Assembly: GCF_001194135.2 (NCBI RefSeq)
Contig: NC_068983.1
Location: forward strand, 127,433,499-127,497,498
Length of the DNA stretch: 64,000 bases
Origin: Octopus bimaculoides
Taxonomy: Eukaryota
Reading direction: 5' to 3'
Position numbers and translations under genes: made by a program. Under the pieces are notes generated by a model that was not told where the DNA came from, made no database searches, and saw only the letters and a program-made list of their open reading frames with translations. Below are positions 11,007 through 25,919 of the stretch, piece after piece. How positions within the stretch are numbered: position 1 is the first letter of the stretch; every line of letters starts with the position of its first letter.

Positions 11007-14000
11007 NNNNNNNNNNNNNNNNNNNNNNNNNNNNNNNNNNNNNNNNNNNNNNNNNNNNNNNNNNNNNNNNNNNNNNNNNNNNNNNNNNNNNNNNNNNNNN
11101 NNNNNNNNNNNNNNNNNNNNNNNNNNNNNNNNNNNNNNNNNNNNNNNNNNNNNNNNNNNNNNNNNNNNNNNNNNNNNNNNNNNNNNNNNNNNNNNNNNNN
11201 NNNNNNNNNNNNNNNNNNNNNNNNNNNNNNNNNNNNNNNNNNNNNNNNNNNNNNNNNNNNNNNNNNNNNNNNNNNNNNNNNNNNNNNNNNNNNNNNNNNN
11301 NNAAAGTTAGACACAAGATTATGTAAATGACCACTAATATCGAGGTAGATAACTCTCTGCGTTGCGGAAGCTTGCGCTGAGCCAATAATGGAGAACATTT
11401 TTAGTGAACCATATTAAAATTTTAATATTTCAATATTTTAAATATTTTTGTTATTAGAATATCTTAGTTCAAGATGAATGACTTTAGATTAGCCACTTAT
11501 TTTGTAATATATTTATACAAATGCATTTTAGTATTTTATAAGTTTAAATTTCATGAAATACTGATAATATTAAATTATAAGATGTAATTTCAACAGTTAA
11601 ATTCCATGAATTTTGTTCCCGGCGTCGTTTTATCACGAGATAGGGTAAATAGAGAGCATGGTAAGGTTTTTTTTCTTTTTATTTTGACCCTGGTGGCTTA
11701 CACATCTTTACTCATAGTATTTGTATTGTTCATATTCTTCTTATAGTTCCATAGAGAGCATTTTATTCCTTATAACTACAGTACTGAGAAAATAGAGACA
11801 TATTTTACATGACATTCAAACATACTGAAATTTCCACCCATAGATGTTCAATTTCTAAAGCAAATTGGATTAGACGTTCACTATATTTCAAGATCTCTTT
11901 AATCCAAATCAACAAACGCATATAATTTAACAATCATTTTAAAACCGCTCCATCAGTGTATTTTACGAAATATATTGATTTTTCCGTTACTCTGAATTGC
12001 ACAAATTCTAGGAGAAGACTGCGCAGTCGGTGACCATCTTAACATCTAAATGCTTTTTTAAATGTAAATCTTACTTTTATTCAAAACATTCTATAGCTCT
12101 CGGAAATTTCTGGAAATTTAATTTCTAAAATATTTTCGAATAGGTCGAATTCGCTCTTAATGAAGCTACGCAACATTTCAATAGGTTCTCCACAAGCTTG
12201 CAGTTTCATGTTAAGTTCAATAGGATGCAGTGAAAAATCTGTGATGTCTTAACTTTATTGAGCTTGTAAGGTTATTTCACATTATAAATTCAGGCTCGGT
12301 GCTACCGTCATCTAAATAAATAAAAAAAAGATTTAAATCACTTACGTATTCAGCAAACCCCATAAGTACTTGACCGTATCTCAATCTCAGCATGTGCTGT
12401 ACATTAGGAAAATAGTATAAACTATTTTAATTTACATTAACTTTGAAATGAATTCTCGTTTACGTAAATTTCTGACTATGAAATTGACAACGTTTCTCTC
12501 AACTATCATCATAGTAGCAACGTCTTGAACAAATAATTTTATTCATGGTTCTTCATGATGTGCAATGCAATGGAAAAAGAAATATAGGCCAACAGCTAAT
12601 ATAAATTTGTTTACAAAATACAATTATCAGTTTATTTCATAACGCATACTTTCTTCATAACATATTGACATAAAACACTTATGTTGTTGCTGACATTTTA
12701 AGGCAAATTGTCTAACTTAATGAACACTTCATGAATAACAACTATCCTCAAAATAATTGATAATTGAGATGTCAAGACCGACCTAATAAGTGTCACGGCT
12801 GTTTAAGTTGATTTTCTTGTTCAAGTAATATGAAGTTCCCTTGACTAGTCCATGAAGGCTTTGGGCTCAGAAATCATAAGCTGCGTTCCGATTCTTTTCA
12901 ACAAACATTCTACTATGTGGTACAGCAAAGTACTTCATTCCAAGTTGTTTCAGCCTAGCCATCTATATTTTGTGGTTGCCAAATGCTTGTGCAGTCTCGC
13001 TCTGCCTCATCTATAATATCTTGGATATTCCACGAAATCACATGTGGGAGGACCGCTGGCGTATTTATGTCACCCAAGACGACATAGTCATCTACGACAG
13101 TTAGACAAAGCCTGATACATGATAAGAAATCAAACGCACTAGTGAACAACCATTCAATTGAGCAGTATATAATAGCCTTTATTTTTATAATTATTACTTG
13201 CAATGTTTTTCTACTTATTACTAACTTGCTCGCATGCTTTCCAATAGCGTCCTTGTGTAACATATTAAACAAATGCTTCGTTCAATAAGGAGTATATTAT
13301 TTAAATTATATTCCTTTGTAAGTAATAGTATGTAATATACTAAAACTTGAATCAATGAAATAGTAACTTCCTGCTAAAAAAAATAATAATATATCTGACT
13401 TGGAATCACATGTAAATGTTTTTCAACATTCAAAAGTATGTTTGCCTTGGAGAATTTAGTGTCACTCACACGTCGATTCTCCCAATATATACAAATCATA
13501 TATATATCAATAATTCTTGTGAACTTGTCATATTTTAACTGTCAGTTTATGTTATTGCAGTCTGTCTTAAAAATCAAAAAATATAGAATTCGAAAGTAAA
13601 TATAAGAAAAATATAAGAAAAGTTATGTACTTCTCATATCGTGTATCCTTTGTAACTAAAAGATGCTGTGTTGGTAGATACTTCCATTGTTTGCTAATTT
13701 CAATTTAAAGGATAAATATTGATTTAACTGAAGAATGCATTGTGTTAAGAATAATGCAGTGACATTTTAAACTATTTCTTTGAGATAGTTTTTCAAAATT
13801 AGCGATAACGCAAATATATATTATTTTCATAATCCACTGCCTGTCACCCAAAAGCCTGAAGCCAGTCTCGACTGACATGCATGTAATTGGTTTGTTATTG
13901 CTTGTATAAGCAGGGCACAGAGACATAATATCAGCTTCCATTGCTAGGACTGCAAGTTGCTACTCAAACATTTTGAATTATTAGCATTCCATATGATGAA

Positions 14001-15139
14001 ACACTTCGTCACCTTTGGTAAACAATAGCAAAATTATTCATGCTTCTTTGATGTATATTTCAGCTTAGCTTATCATATCTTAGTGTAAACTACTAATGAA
14101 CATTCGATATCGACTACGAGAATCACGAGTACTCTGCTATTTAACATTCAATGATGCATTGACTCGAACTTGAATATTTTTTATGCCATGTCAAATTTCT
14201 TTCGCCTATTCAAAAAAAACCAAAATCATTTGAAAAATCAATAATTTAATTTTGAGATATCCAGTAATCAGTTTCCTAATTAAAATGTTATCTAGCATGA
14301 AATTAGATTAACCATGATTTTAGAGAAATACCTCATATCTATCGACTTCGGTAAGATTTGAACTGTAAACGTAAGGTGACGAATGTAACTGCCCTTCTGC
14401 ATTTAATATCACGCACTATTGCCTCTGGAACATAACTTCCTTCAATTTCAAGAAAATTAGAAATGAAATCAATAATGCTTATAGATTATATAATTAGAAA
14501 ATTATTTAACATGCACTTTTCTATATTTACATTTCGAAAATTCAGGAAAGATTGCTGCGATATAATACAGCTAGACTAAAGGAGATTTGATATTAAAGAG
14601 GATATACGTCAGAATGTTGTATTAGATCGTTGATGTGTTTTGTCAATATCAATTAGAAAGTATTCAATAGTAGAAAGAGATTTTTGAAGCCGTGCCGTGC
14701 GCTGAGGTTTTAATTACTTCGTCTGAAACAAAAACTTGTATGGAAATATCTTACGGGAACTAGACGTGATCATCCTAATTCATATATTTTATACATATCA
14801 TTGGGTGTGTTACTTTAAAAAGTGTTTAGTTAAATAGTTTATAAGAGCATTTTAGAAGATCAAACATAATAGACAGTACACATTTAATTACCATGGGGAT
14901 ATCATAGTTCATAAATTTAGCAACAAATAATCACATGATTATAATAGGTGCTAATTATCCAATTACTATGCATAAACAAATGACCTGTAATTTAGATATT
15001 TTCAAACGATTTCCTTTCTTGGTGACACAAATACTCTCCAATTAAATGATTTTATTATCACTTGAAAAACACAAACAAGAAACCTCTAATTCCATGCTAA
15101 TAAAAGAAATAACTCGTTGCTATGTTTCAAATCAGATCC

Positions 15140-15310
15140 TTTACTTTTCCTTGTATAGTGGAAATTATTTCAAATGTCGCCGAGCTCAACCTTGTTTCCG
15201 ATACCCAACATCCAAGGATCGAAAAAGTGAGATCCTAGAAAAATTCAAGACCGAATCGTACTGACGGATTACTTACTCTCAAAGTTGTTGGCCTTGTGCC
15301 TTAATTAGAG
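15140..15310 (+). mobile_element. SINE family A relic
   Basis: ttcaaatgtcgccgagctcaacctt...gttgttggccttgtgccttaattagagac matches the family A body and tail. Confidence 0.55.
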
Positions 15311-16402
15311 ACTTTATAGAGAAGAAATGCTACAGCCCTGGTATTATGAACAAAAGAACTGAAAGAATATATATACACTAGTGAATTCAAATTTAAACGC
15401 ATATCTTATTATTGTTAATTAATTACTTTCCCATTCACACTAAGCTCGATGATTCGGGATTTATTCAGAAACATTTATTTCACATCTGTCCGACCTTCGG
15501 CGGTTTCATTACAACATCAACTTTTATATGACTATTTGCCCTCACCTTTCTCAATCCATGTATATTTCTAGAGAAATGGAATTGGGATAGCCATTCGTCA
15601 CCTTTTTTTAACAGTGTCCGACGTAGATGATTCTGAAAGCAATTCAGGTGAACAAAAATGGATGACTCGAACTTATATTTATCGATTATATAAGGGTGTA
15701 AATCAAAGTTGAAATCGGTGTGTGTGAACCCAGAGCAAATTAAGAAGTAAATATTAGGGAAAAGGTATTCTATATGTTAAATTCTTCAACTATACACAAT
15801 CTCACGCAATTAATTTGTGTTTTATTCAAATACCTTCTAAATCATGTACGTTTATTTTATGCAGTAGTATATATAAAGAGTTTTGCTTTATCTTATAATA
15901 CAGAATTCATATGTTCATGTAATTTTGGGGGGATTTGATATATTTTATTCATTTCTCTATATTTCGTCTCTTGCATTTCCTTTGGTTTTATAATATACAA
16001 GTGTAAATTTACACCCACGCCCAAAAAAAAGTGTGGCAAATAAACACTGTGTATATTGTAACGTTTGTAATGAAATACATTTTGGGAGTGTAAATTTCCT
16101 ACTAAAAAGCCTTTCTTTGTCTTCACTTGGTTAGTCATAATTAGAACCGTCACTTCCATCTGCCAAGGCCTCACCATGAGAAATACTGAGTGGACATATT
16201 TGAAAACAAGTTTGATTGGTTGTTAGCAGAAAAAAAAACCCATTATACAATGGCGACTTTTAAATCAGACCGTTGATGAAAATGACTAAATGGTGTGATG
16301 AATCACAGACGCTTATTTCTTACAATACAATATATTGTGTGACGATATATTCGTGTAAGGGCTTTCACATATGTCTCTATTATACAGATTTATGTGTGTG
16401 CT

Positions 16403-16440
<38 letters not shown>

Positions 16441-17194
16441 AATAAGAATATGAGTATGTTACATATGTGTGCGCATTAGTGTGCAACATAATATAATAAT
16501 ATAACATATTGTGTGTGCGTGCATGTGCGTATGTATTTGAATGTAGAAGTAATATGTAAATATTTACTGTAGTATGAAATAGTTGAGTTAACATACTGAG
16601 ATTCGTGAGTGTCGCTGATGAAATAACTGATTTCTGAATTATTGTACTGTTGCAAAGTAACATGACTACCTGAGCATAATGTATACGAAGGACTTATGAA
16701 ATAAAAAAAATATAGAAAAAGCACTAGAAAAACAGATGTACACTAGTAATATATAAGTGAGCTGTGAAAAATATAATATAGAGCAGTTAAGTTTAGTTAG
16801 ATACAGTGAAGAAAGTGCACCGGTACGTTTTGTTATATAATATATGTTATGTATATAAAAGTTATGAGTTTAAAAAGAAACCGATGTTTAGGCATTAAAT
16901 CTTGATAAATTACAAAAGTTTTACCAAAATATTTTCGATATTTAAACATTACAAGGTTAGTCATTGATGATATCAGTCACATTAGCACGTACGCCATTTA
17001 CGGTAGTGGCAACTTAAGGTCTTCATCACAAATTCTAAAGTCATGTGAATTTACCTCCCTTAGAAAAGATGTTTTTTCTTATAGTCTAATACATCCCTTC
17101 ACATTTAATGCGGCTATTTTTCATAACAAATAAACAAAGACATATGTGTCTACCTTGAATTAAAGTGCACTTTCCATTATAGAAATGCAGTCCT

Positions 17195-17890
17195 TTTCCT
17201 ATTTATTCGTGGAAGTGAATGGGTTACCTGTGTGCTTGGTGTGTTCGCAGCAGGTTTCTGTGCTCAAAAACATCACATTCGGTGTTACAATGTGACGCAT
17301 CATGCCAAGAAATACAGTTACTTGCAAGTACAAATGAGAAAAGAGAAGGTAAATGAATTCTTAGCGGATCTGAAGAAACAACAATCTACTTCAATCCAAA
17401 ACCGAGATATTAGTCAGGCAGCAGCAAAATCTAGCTTCCTTATTTCTAGAGAAAGAGTATTAGCATGAAATCTGTACTGTGAGAGTGAAGCTGTGAAAAC
17501 ATGCATACTGAAGGCTGCAGAAATTGTATGACTTGAGAAGCGACAGACATTTACAAACGTTAGCCTGACGAAAAACACTGTAGCAGAAAGGATTTCAAAC
17601 CTCTCTGCAGATTTAGACATGCAACTGAAACACAAATTCAAGTCATTAATTGCCATTTAGGTTGCAATTAATAAAAGCACGGATGTTACGGATGTTGTAC
17701 AATTGGCCATATTCATTTGTGATGAAGGCAAGACTTTGACAGTCTCCAAGGGGTTTCTGGAGATGGTTTTATGAGCGACATCACAACAGTAAATGACATT
17801 TTCATCATTCTGGATGGAGCACTGGATAGGGTCGGAGAGGCCTAGGCCCGTGCTGTCAGCTTGGCTACAGATGGTACGCCATCAATGTTT
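17195..17890 (+). mobile_element. hAT transposase relic, Charlie/SPIN/GTF2IRD2-like (N-terminal half)
   Basis: With frameshifts and stops: YLFVEVNGLPVCLVCSQQVSVLK, KTCILKAAEIV, VSLTKNTVAERISNLSADL, STDVTDVVQLAIFI, VSLATDGTPSM. No TIRs recognised. Confidence 0.88.
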
Positions 17891-18330
17891 GTGTAAAAAC
17901 CGCGTTTAAAACGTCTAGAAACTGGTTCACGATATTACACTTATTGTGGTGGGGTTCAGTTTTATTACAGTGAACATTGATTAAAATGTGAAAGAAAATC
18001 AAACCAATGTACCTGGGAAGAAAAAAGATCCACAAACCACAGACCTAGTCTGAAGATATTATTAATTGTTCAGGTCACAAAATGCATTCCACATATTCAA
18101 AACGCGTTAGATATAATGCAACAAATAAATGTAACATTTGTGTAATGGCTAAAACAAATTATAGAATATGAAATTCAAATTCCTGAGAAAAAGTGAGAAT
18201 AATGTTGTTGTATTAGCCAGAGGGCAGTTTTAAAGTTGGAAATGTATGATCAAAAATGATCATACATTTTTTAACATAGAGATAGTCAGACACACACTCA
18301 CACAAGCAGGTATATATCTGTCTATCTGAT

Positions 18331-18388
<58 letters not shown>

Positions 18389-18697
18389 TCTCTCTCTCTC
18401 AATATATATATANNNNNNNNNNNNNNNNNNNNNNNNNNNNNNNNNNNNNNNNNNNNNNNNNNNNNNNNNNNNNNNNNNNNNNNNNNNNNNNNNNNNNNNN
18501 NNNNNNNNNNNNNNNNNNNNNNNNNNNNNNNNNNNNNNNNNNNNNNNNNNNNNNNNNNNNNNNNNNNNNNNNNNNNNNNNNNNNNNNNNNNNNNNNNNNN
18601 NNNNNNNNNNNNNNNNNNNNNNNNNNNNNNNTATATATGGATAGATAGATAGATATTGCGTGTGTATAGATATTACGTGTGCGCGCGAGTGTGAGCA

Positions 18698-18733
<36 letters not shown>

Positions 18734-20029
18734 CGTAAATAAATATATATATATATATACACACACAATGAGAGTAAGAGCCAGTCGACTGACCTCATAG
18801 AGATTTCTTCGTTTGTTCTCGGGAGCAACACATTGAGGGTGTGAAGAGAGTGCATGGCTGAATAAGATACGAACACTCAAACCTACTGAGTAAGGATTGC
18901 CATGAAAATCCGACGTAGATTTCTCAGCATATTAATAAATGTTTGTTTCATACCGAGTTTAAACGATCAAGAAAGTAAGGCTGATGAATTCTATTTTAGT
19001 GGTTCAGCATATCACACAATTTGAGGGAGAATTTAGTATTATTTTGGCGAACATTGATTATGAAGTGACAGAAGACCAAACTGGTGCATATTTCATTAAA
19101 TGTGCAGTATATCTTATTGTCTTTATGGCCTAAGATCGTTTATTTTTGTATATTTACGTATGTACGTGCATGTCTGTGTATGTGTGTGCTTTGTGAGTGA
19201 AAATATCCATTTGTAAGTGTTCGTTATAATTCGTTTATAAATGATTTGCTTTTTCGTTAGTAGTGGAGGCCAAAGGAAATCAAAACAATACGTAATTACA
19301 AGAAAACAAAATGATAAACTTGTCAATTATAGAAGACTTAATGTCAATCTTAAAGAAAATGAATGCACACTCACATCTCTCTTTCTCTATTTCTCTCTCT
19401 CTCTCACACGGCCAAACACACAAGCACACAAACAGACACACGGCCAAAACACACAACCACACACATAAAATCATGCACACACGCATGAAAATACATACAT
19501 AGCCATACTTACATAGACACTGAAATACACAAGCACATACTTAGTGTAAGTAAGCGATACGCCTCTTTCTTACTATACAACTAAGACCTTTATATGACGC
19601 TATAATGCGGTTTATGATTTTTCAGATGTCATCTGACCGGTTTGGTCAGCTTTGACAACCTGACCAATTAAACAAACAAAAGGAACACAATTTACTACCA
19701 ATACCACCTACACCACCGTTAAAAATATCAGCACTGTTACTTCTGTGACTACTACGTGCCATAATGGGGATGAAAACATTAATGTCGGCTAATACTAATC
19801 ATGTCTTCATATTCGTTCTGTATCTCATATGTTCAGACGATGGTTAACATCAATGTAACGATCCGTTGCCAACTATCACTCATACAGCGAGAATGATAAG
19901 TATTCTATCGATCATGGAATATTAACATGTAAAGTGGACACCTGGAACATTTTGACTTACAGCGGTAAACATCATAATTCGATGGTTTTAATGTTTCGAA
20001 TCCCACGTTCGATAGTCTTTCGGTATTCT

Positions 20030-20160
20030 TACGGCAAGGACACTGCCACTTTGACTTCTGAGTTCAAATTCAACATAGGTCTAGTTTACACTTCATTCAT
20101 TTAATTTGATATGATAGTTCCAGTTGAGCACTGAGGTCAATATAATCGACTACTGCAATA
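20030..20160 (+). mobile_element. SINE family A relic
   Basis: ttctgagttcaaattcaac...ccagttgagcactgaggtcaatataatcgact. Confidence 0.6.
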
Positions 20161-21511
20161 TTCAGAAAACAGTAACCATAGCCCTTTATATACCCTCTGA
20201 ATCTGGAAAGTGTTCTTAAATCTGATCTGGCTCGAAAACTTTAATTGTACAAAAACGGGCTTCTCAAGGGATTTATACTAGATGACCTAATACTGGTTAA
20301 CATATTAAGTCTACTACCGTATATGAATTCTACTCCCAACGAATTAAGTTTCACTGTTGCATCGCTAAAACGTCAGCAACATGGAAAACAAGATGTTTTT
20401 ATAAAATTGGAACAACAAATACAATTTCACACTATTTTGCTTAAATCATAACAGTAAAAGCATTTACAAATTTTGATACCCGGCTATGATCAATATCTGC
20501 ACATATATATGGGTGAGTTAATGGTCTCATATTCAGAAATTACAAGAATCGTAATGTTAGAAAATAGCAGCGAGATCATGTTATTGTAAGGGATATACTA
20601 TATAAAGAGAAATAAGTTGGGTTAATTATTGCTTGCAACAGTTTCATCGAATAATTCTGTATTCCGTGATCTGAAAGTAAACAATAGGTTAATACTTCAT
20701 GAAGATAACTGGTTAAGTATGACAAGCAACATCCATGTACCCGGATTTTGAAGCCATAACTCAGGACTTCAAAAAGCACACGGGTACGCGCGTGAGTATG
20801 TTTACACACACACATACATACACACACACACACACAGAGACATACACACACACATATATGAGTGATCGACTTGAAGACGTAATTGAGTACTATACATATT
20901 TCAAATGGAAGTCGAGTGCATCTTACGTAATATGCCGAAAGACGTGTAGCAGTCCCGTGTACTTTTTCATCAAGTACATACGGCTAAGTTGAAAATTGTC
21001 ACCCTAATGGACGATGCAAACGGAAGCCGGGACCGTAGAGAGGATAAGATATAGTTGGAGTAGGGATGGAATCGTTAAAAAAAACAAGTGCCGTTGTCAA
21101 CTATACAATTACGCCAGCGAGATAGAGATGACATTCATTCTGTTATCAACGTACTCAAACTATTGTACCCGCTGCTTTATGTTATGATATCATTAATATT
21201 TATGTGGTGTCAATAAGGTGCAGCTGACGCAGCAATTGCTGGGATAGTAATTCCTCAACATAGAAAAAGTATGAGTAATAAAAATTCGTATGTATAGAAA
21301 AGAGAGGAGAGGAAAGACGGAAAAATAAGAAATAAAGAGGATAAGGAAAAATAAGGTGCCGGTGGCAGGTTACTTGTATTTAAATATATATGAATGAATA
21401 CACCAGTCCACACACAAGTTAAGACTATGCAGACGTAAGCTACGAAGCATATCGGTATATAAATAAATACATAAAGCAATATGTAAGCAAGTATACATGC
21501 ATATATTCATG

Positions 21512-21547
<36 letters not shown>

Positions 21548-24500
21548 NNNNNNNNNNNNNNNNNNNNNNNNNNNNNNNNNNNNNNNNNNNNNNNNNNNNN
21601 NNNNNNNNNNNNNNNNNNNNNNNNNNNNNNNNNNNNNNNNNNNNNNNNNNNNNNNNNNNNNNNNNNNNNNNNNNNNNNNNNNNNNNNNNNNNNNNNNNNN
21701 NNNNNNNNNNNNNNNNNNNNNNNNNNNNNNNNNNNNNNNNNNNNNNNNNNNNNNNNNNNNNNNNNNNNNNNNNNNNNNNNNNNNNNNNNNNNNNNNNNNN
21801 NNNNNNNNNNNNNNNNNNNNNNNNNNNNNNNNNNNNNNNNNNNNNNNNNNNNNNNNNNNNNNNNNNNNNNNNNNNNNNNNNNNNNNNNNNNNNNNNNNNN
21901 NNNNNNNNNNNNNNNNNNNNNNNNNNNNNNNNNNNNNNNNNNNNNNNNNNNNNNNNNNNNNNNNNNNNNNNNNNNNNNNNNNNNNNNNNNNNNNNNNNNN
22001 NNNNNNNNNNNNNNNNNNNNNNNNNNNNNNNNNNNNNNNNNNNNNNNNNNNNNNNNNNNNNNNNNNNNNNNNNNNNNNNNNNNNNNNNNNNNNNNNNNNN
22101 NNNNNNNNNNNNNNNNNNNNNNNNNNNNNNNNNNNNNNNNNNNNNNNNNNNNNNNNNNNNNNNNNNNNNNNNNNNNNNNNNNATATATATATATATATAT
22201 ATACATGCGTTGAAGGTCGGTGGACATATGCAAAAACGAAACACGAAATCATATATCAAGATTTAGGACATAACATGACTGTCAGTGGAACTGGAACGTA
22301 ACCGAAGTAATAATTTCGCTGTCAAGTGCGAAAAGTACAGTAACTATACTAATCATAATCAGGTCCCCACATACCTCGCATTCTTCATGTCGTAAGCTTG
22401 TATAATTTTCCATACTTACTCATATACAGCGTTGTATATGAGATAACGAATGACCTCACCAGCATTTTGCCAAATACAAGTCTATGTTTCAATGAGGTGT
22501 GTCATAATATGGAAACATCTCGAGAGTTGCCTCGTCTAATTGGCTGAACATTTTAAGTTGTCATAGTATTTAGTTCATATTGCTTTCAACTCAGCTTGAA
22601 ATTAATTCCGATTAATTAATTCTCTGTAGCTTGATAACATATTTCTGCACTTTACAGTTTCATACATACATTGGTGAGTCATAATTAGCACTTCTGGAAT
22701 ATTAATTTAATACTTATATTTTAAAAAATACATTACGTGTTTTCGCTATTTGTTGGAAATCATATCTGTTATGTTGTCTCGGTTTTATTTGAGCTTAAAC
22801 ATGACGATGTGGACAGTAGAAAAATATAAGTCTATTATAAATATGCATGCTTCTTATACTGAATTATGAGAACATATCCACATGCACGCTTGAAAATAAT
22901 TCGTAATTATCTCATCCTGAGAATAAGCTTGACCAGTGACCTGCTAGGAAGAACTAACAATTTCTCCTTAAGACCTAATTTGAAACGACATATTATATAA
23001 AGTTCTAGAATAAACAGTCATCTCTCACGAGGTGTGAGCATCTCATAATGAAATGTATTGTGCTATCGCTAATTCTTTCATTTGCATCTGTACTCGCAAG
23101 CGTACTTAGACACTCACTCATTCCCTTCACTGTTGCCCCAGAGTAATATCCAGGATTTGAGTTCTTGAATGATTAAGAGCTGCGCCAGTGACTCATGGGT
23201 ATTCATTTTGTGTTGCATGATGTTGGAACATGAAATGAAGTGCCTTAATTTTGAGACTAATGCATCGCATTCATGCAGGAATTGAACAAATTAGGTTTCT
23301 GACTTGAAAGTCTAAACTACTAAGCTACTCATCTACATAAAATAGTCCTCCATTTAGTATAATGAATGTATTTTTAGACAAAATGAACACGTTTGATAAG
23401 AGCCCCGCTTTATCACAGTAGACGCGAAGCTAAACAACTACTACAAAATGATAATCCAACAAATTAAAACGCCCACCAAAATTTATTTACTTACAAAGAA
23501 AGCCATTTTGTTAATATGTCTATAACTGCATTGAAGAGCCACTCAGCAGTTAGTCGTTCCAAGTATAACAGAACAATTGTAGTATATCAACAGTTTTCTG
23601 ATGATATTTTTCCTGTCGATATTAGATGCATTGTTAATATTTGTGTTTACATTTACTCATATTTTTGGTGTTTGCTTCCATAATGATGTTCTATTTTTAA
23701 TATATTTTCTCAAATAACTGCGTACTTATTTCCTAGGCATTAAACAGCATGATACGATAATTTATTATCTATATAGATTTATCAGTATCGGATGAGACTT
23801 ATTATTAAAAGCTAAGTTGAAAATAATGTATTAATGATTTGTATCAAAAGTAAAAGATGAAATATCTTTTGATTTCAGCATCGTTTGTTACTATCAAACA
23901 ACTCCATGAATACAATCATAATAATCTTCACATGCACATGCTAATACACTATCATATTATATACATGTAAATTCTCTGTCATTGTCTCTCTCTCTCTCAC
24001 ACATAAATGTACTCATTCTCACGCGAGCAAGCACACATATGCATATATTTATGCATAGATATATGTGTGCGTGTGCTTGCATTCGCGTCTATGTCTGTGA
24101 GTGTGCGAGTGGCTATGTGCGTACGAGTATGTTTATACAGGCAAATAGATAGATAGATTGCATATCTAGAATATTAACAAAGTGAATCAATGAATGATCA
24201 GAATTCAGTAGTTCCCCTCGTGCGATTATATATTTATATTTATGTCATAATTCCAGTCAATCGTTATATAGTTATTTGTGCAATTCTATGAGTCAGCTGA
24301 ATGGACATTTTTATACAAAGTTTAAAGTAAGAACATTGGATGAATGAAAGCCCGTACGGTAAGATATTAAGCGATGCAGTTGAAAAATCAGAGCCAATAG
24401 ACTATTGGCACTTAGAAATTTGCTCACACAATATAAATCAATTGCAGCCATTTCAATTGCAAAACCTTACCGATTAACCCAAGTTTATTAGGTTTTGTCT

Positions 24501-24813
24501 CTGTGTGTGTGCGTATGAGTGTGTGTGTGTATGAATGTGTGTGTGTATGAGTGTGTGTGTATGAGTGTGTGTGTGTGTGTTTGTGTGTGTATGTGCGCGC
24601 GCGTATTGTGTATTTCGTTTGTGTTTTGTGTATTTGGTTTGTAAGATTCATGATGCGAACTCGTATTTTGAAACAAATCCTCTGTTTCGGGACGGTCAGT
24701 ACGCGACTAATAATATTAACACATGTACTGGTTCAATATAACTTATTTAATGTTAATCACTTCTTTTAATATCTAACAGGTCAGCTAATCTGCCGTTTGT
24801 TTAACGAGCTGGT

Positions 24814-24910
24814 TTAGTAATCAATCGTCTGTTTCTTAGTCAAAGACCTTTCTTCGCTTATATCGACCTCTTCAATCACATGCCCGCTTTCTTCAACAGC
24901 TGCCCTGAGT
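24814..24910 (-). CDS. Candidate terminal coding exon, product unknown
   Basis: gactaattctcag| followed by LRAAVEESGHVIEEVDISEERSLTKKQTIDY*, with ATTAAA downstream. No homology recognised and no partner exon found. Confidence 0.15.
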
Positions 24911-25646
24911 CTGAGAATTAGTCTTATGCCTATGTGTATGAATGCCTGTGTGTGTGTATTTGTGTGTTTGCAAACAAGAGGAAATGGGAGAGATAGTAAA
25001 TGAACAGTATGTGTTTCTGTGTATAATTGTGTGTGCTCACCAGTAAGACTGTATGTGTGTGTTGTGTGTGTACATCAACCATTCTTGACCTCATTAAGTA
25101 TTTCGCCTTTAGTTCGAGGTCAGTTTTGTCCCAGATCCGCTAGGATTCGCTTATCATCCTGTTAAGATGTATCGGTGTAGTTCCTTATGTAGGAAGAGTG
25201 GAAAGGTGAGAAGGGTGGGTGTGTGGGTGTGGGTGTATGTGTGTGTATGTGTGTGTGTGGGGGGGGGTGCCTCTGCGAATGCGTGAGTGTGCGCGCGTGA
25301 CTGTGTGCTCTACTGTGAATATTCGAGCGGTTGAGTCAACTCAGTTAATGAGTGTGTATGTTTGCATGCATGCGTGCAATGGTGCGAGTGTTTTCTTACA
25401 TCAGTGCATTCAGCTACGTATGAGTGTGGACCTGCGAATGATGTCGGTGTGACTGTGTGCAGGTTTGCGTGTGTCCGATGTTATGTGTCTGTATGTGTTT
25501 CCGTATACGTGTGTTTGCGCGTCCCTGAGCGCGTGTGTTTGTGCATATGTATGTGTGTGTACGTATGTATGTGAGTAAGTGTCCGTGTGTAGATGTGTGT
25601 AGTTGCGTACTAGGATTTTTTATAACTACACAGCCGTAGCTGAATA

Positions 25647-25795
25647 GTTGGCTGGATGGTAAGAACCTCGCTTCACCATGATTCGGGGTTCAGTCCCACT
25701 ACGTTGCTCCTTGGGCAAGTGTTTTTACAATAGTCTCGAGCCCACTAAGTGATAGATTTGCGAGTAGATTTGGTAGACGGAAACTGAAGCCCGTC

Positions 25796-25850
<55 letters not shown>
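25647..25850 (+). mobile_element. SINE (family B) with (TA)n tail
   Basis: ggtaagaacc...ggggttcagtcccactacg...cttgggcaagtgttttt...tggtagacggaaactgaagcccgtcg followed by (TA)n. Confidence 0.85.
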
Positions 25851-25863
<13 letters not shown>

Positions 25864-25919
25864 GTGTATATAAATGACACTCCCAAGGCCCACTATGTAT
25901 ACATACATACACACACGCA

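Noticed and set aside
12955-13272. 105-aa minus-strand ORF / possible exon LCLTVVDDYVVLGD...
   Set aside because: No recognisable homology, and no phase-compatible neighbouring exon found.
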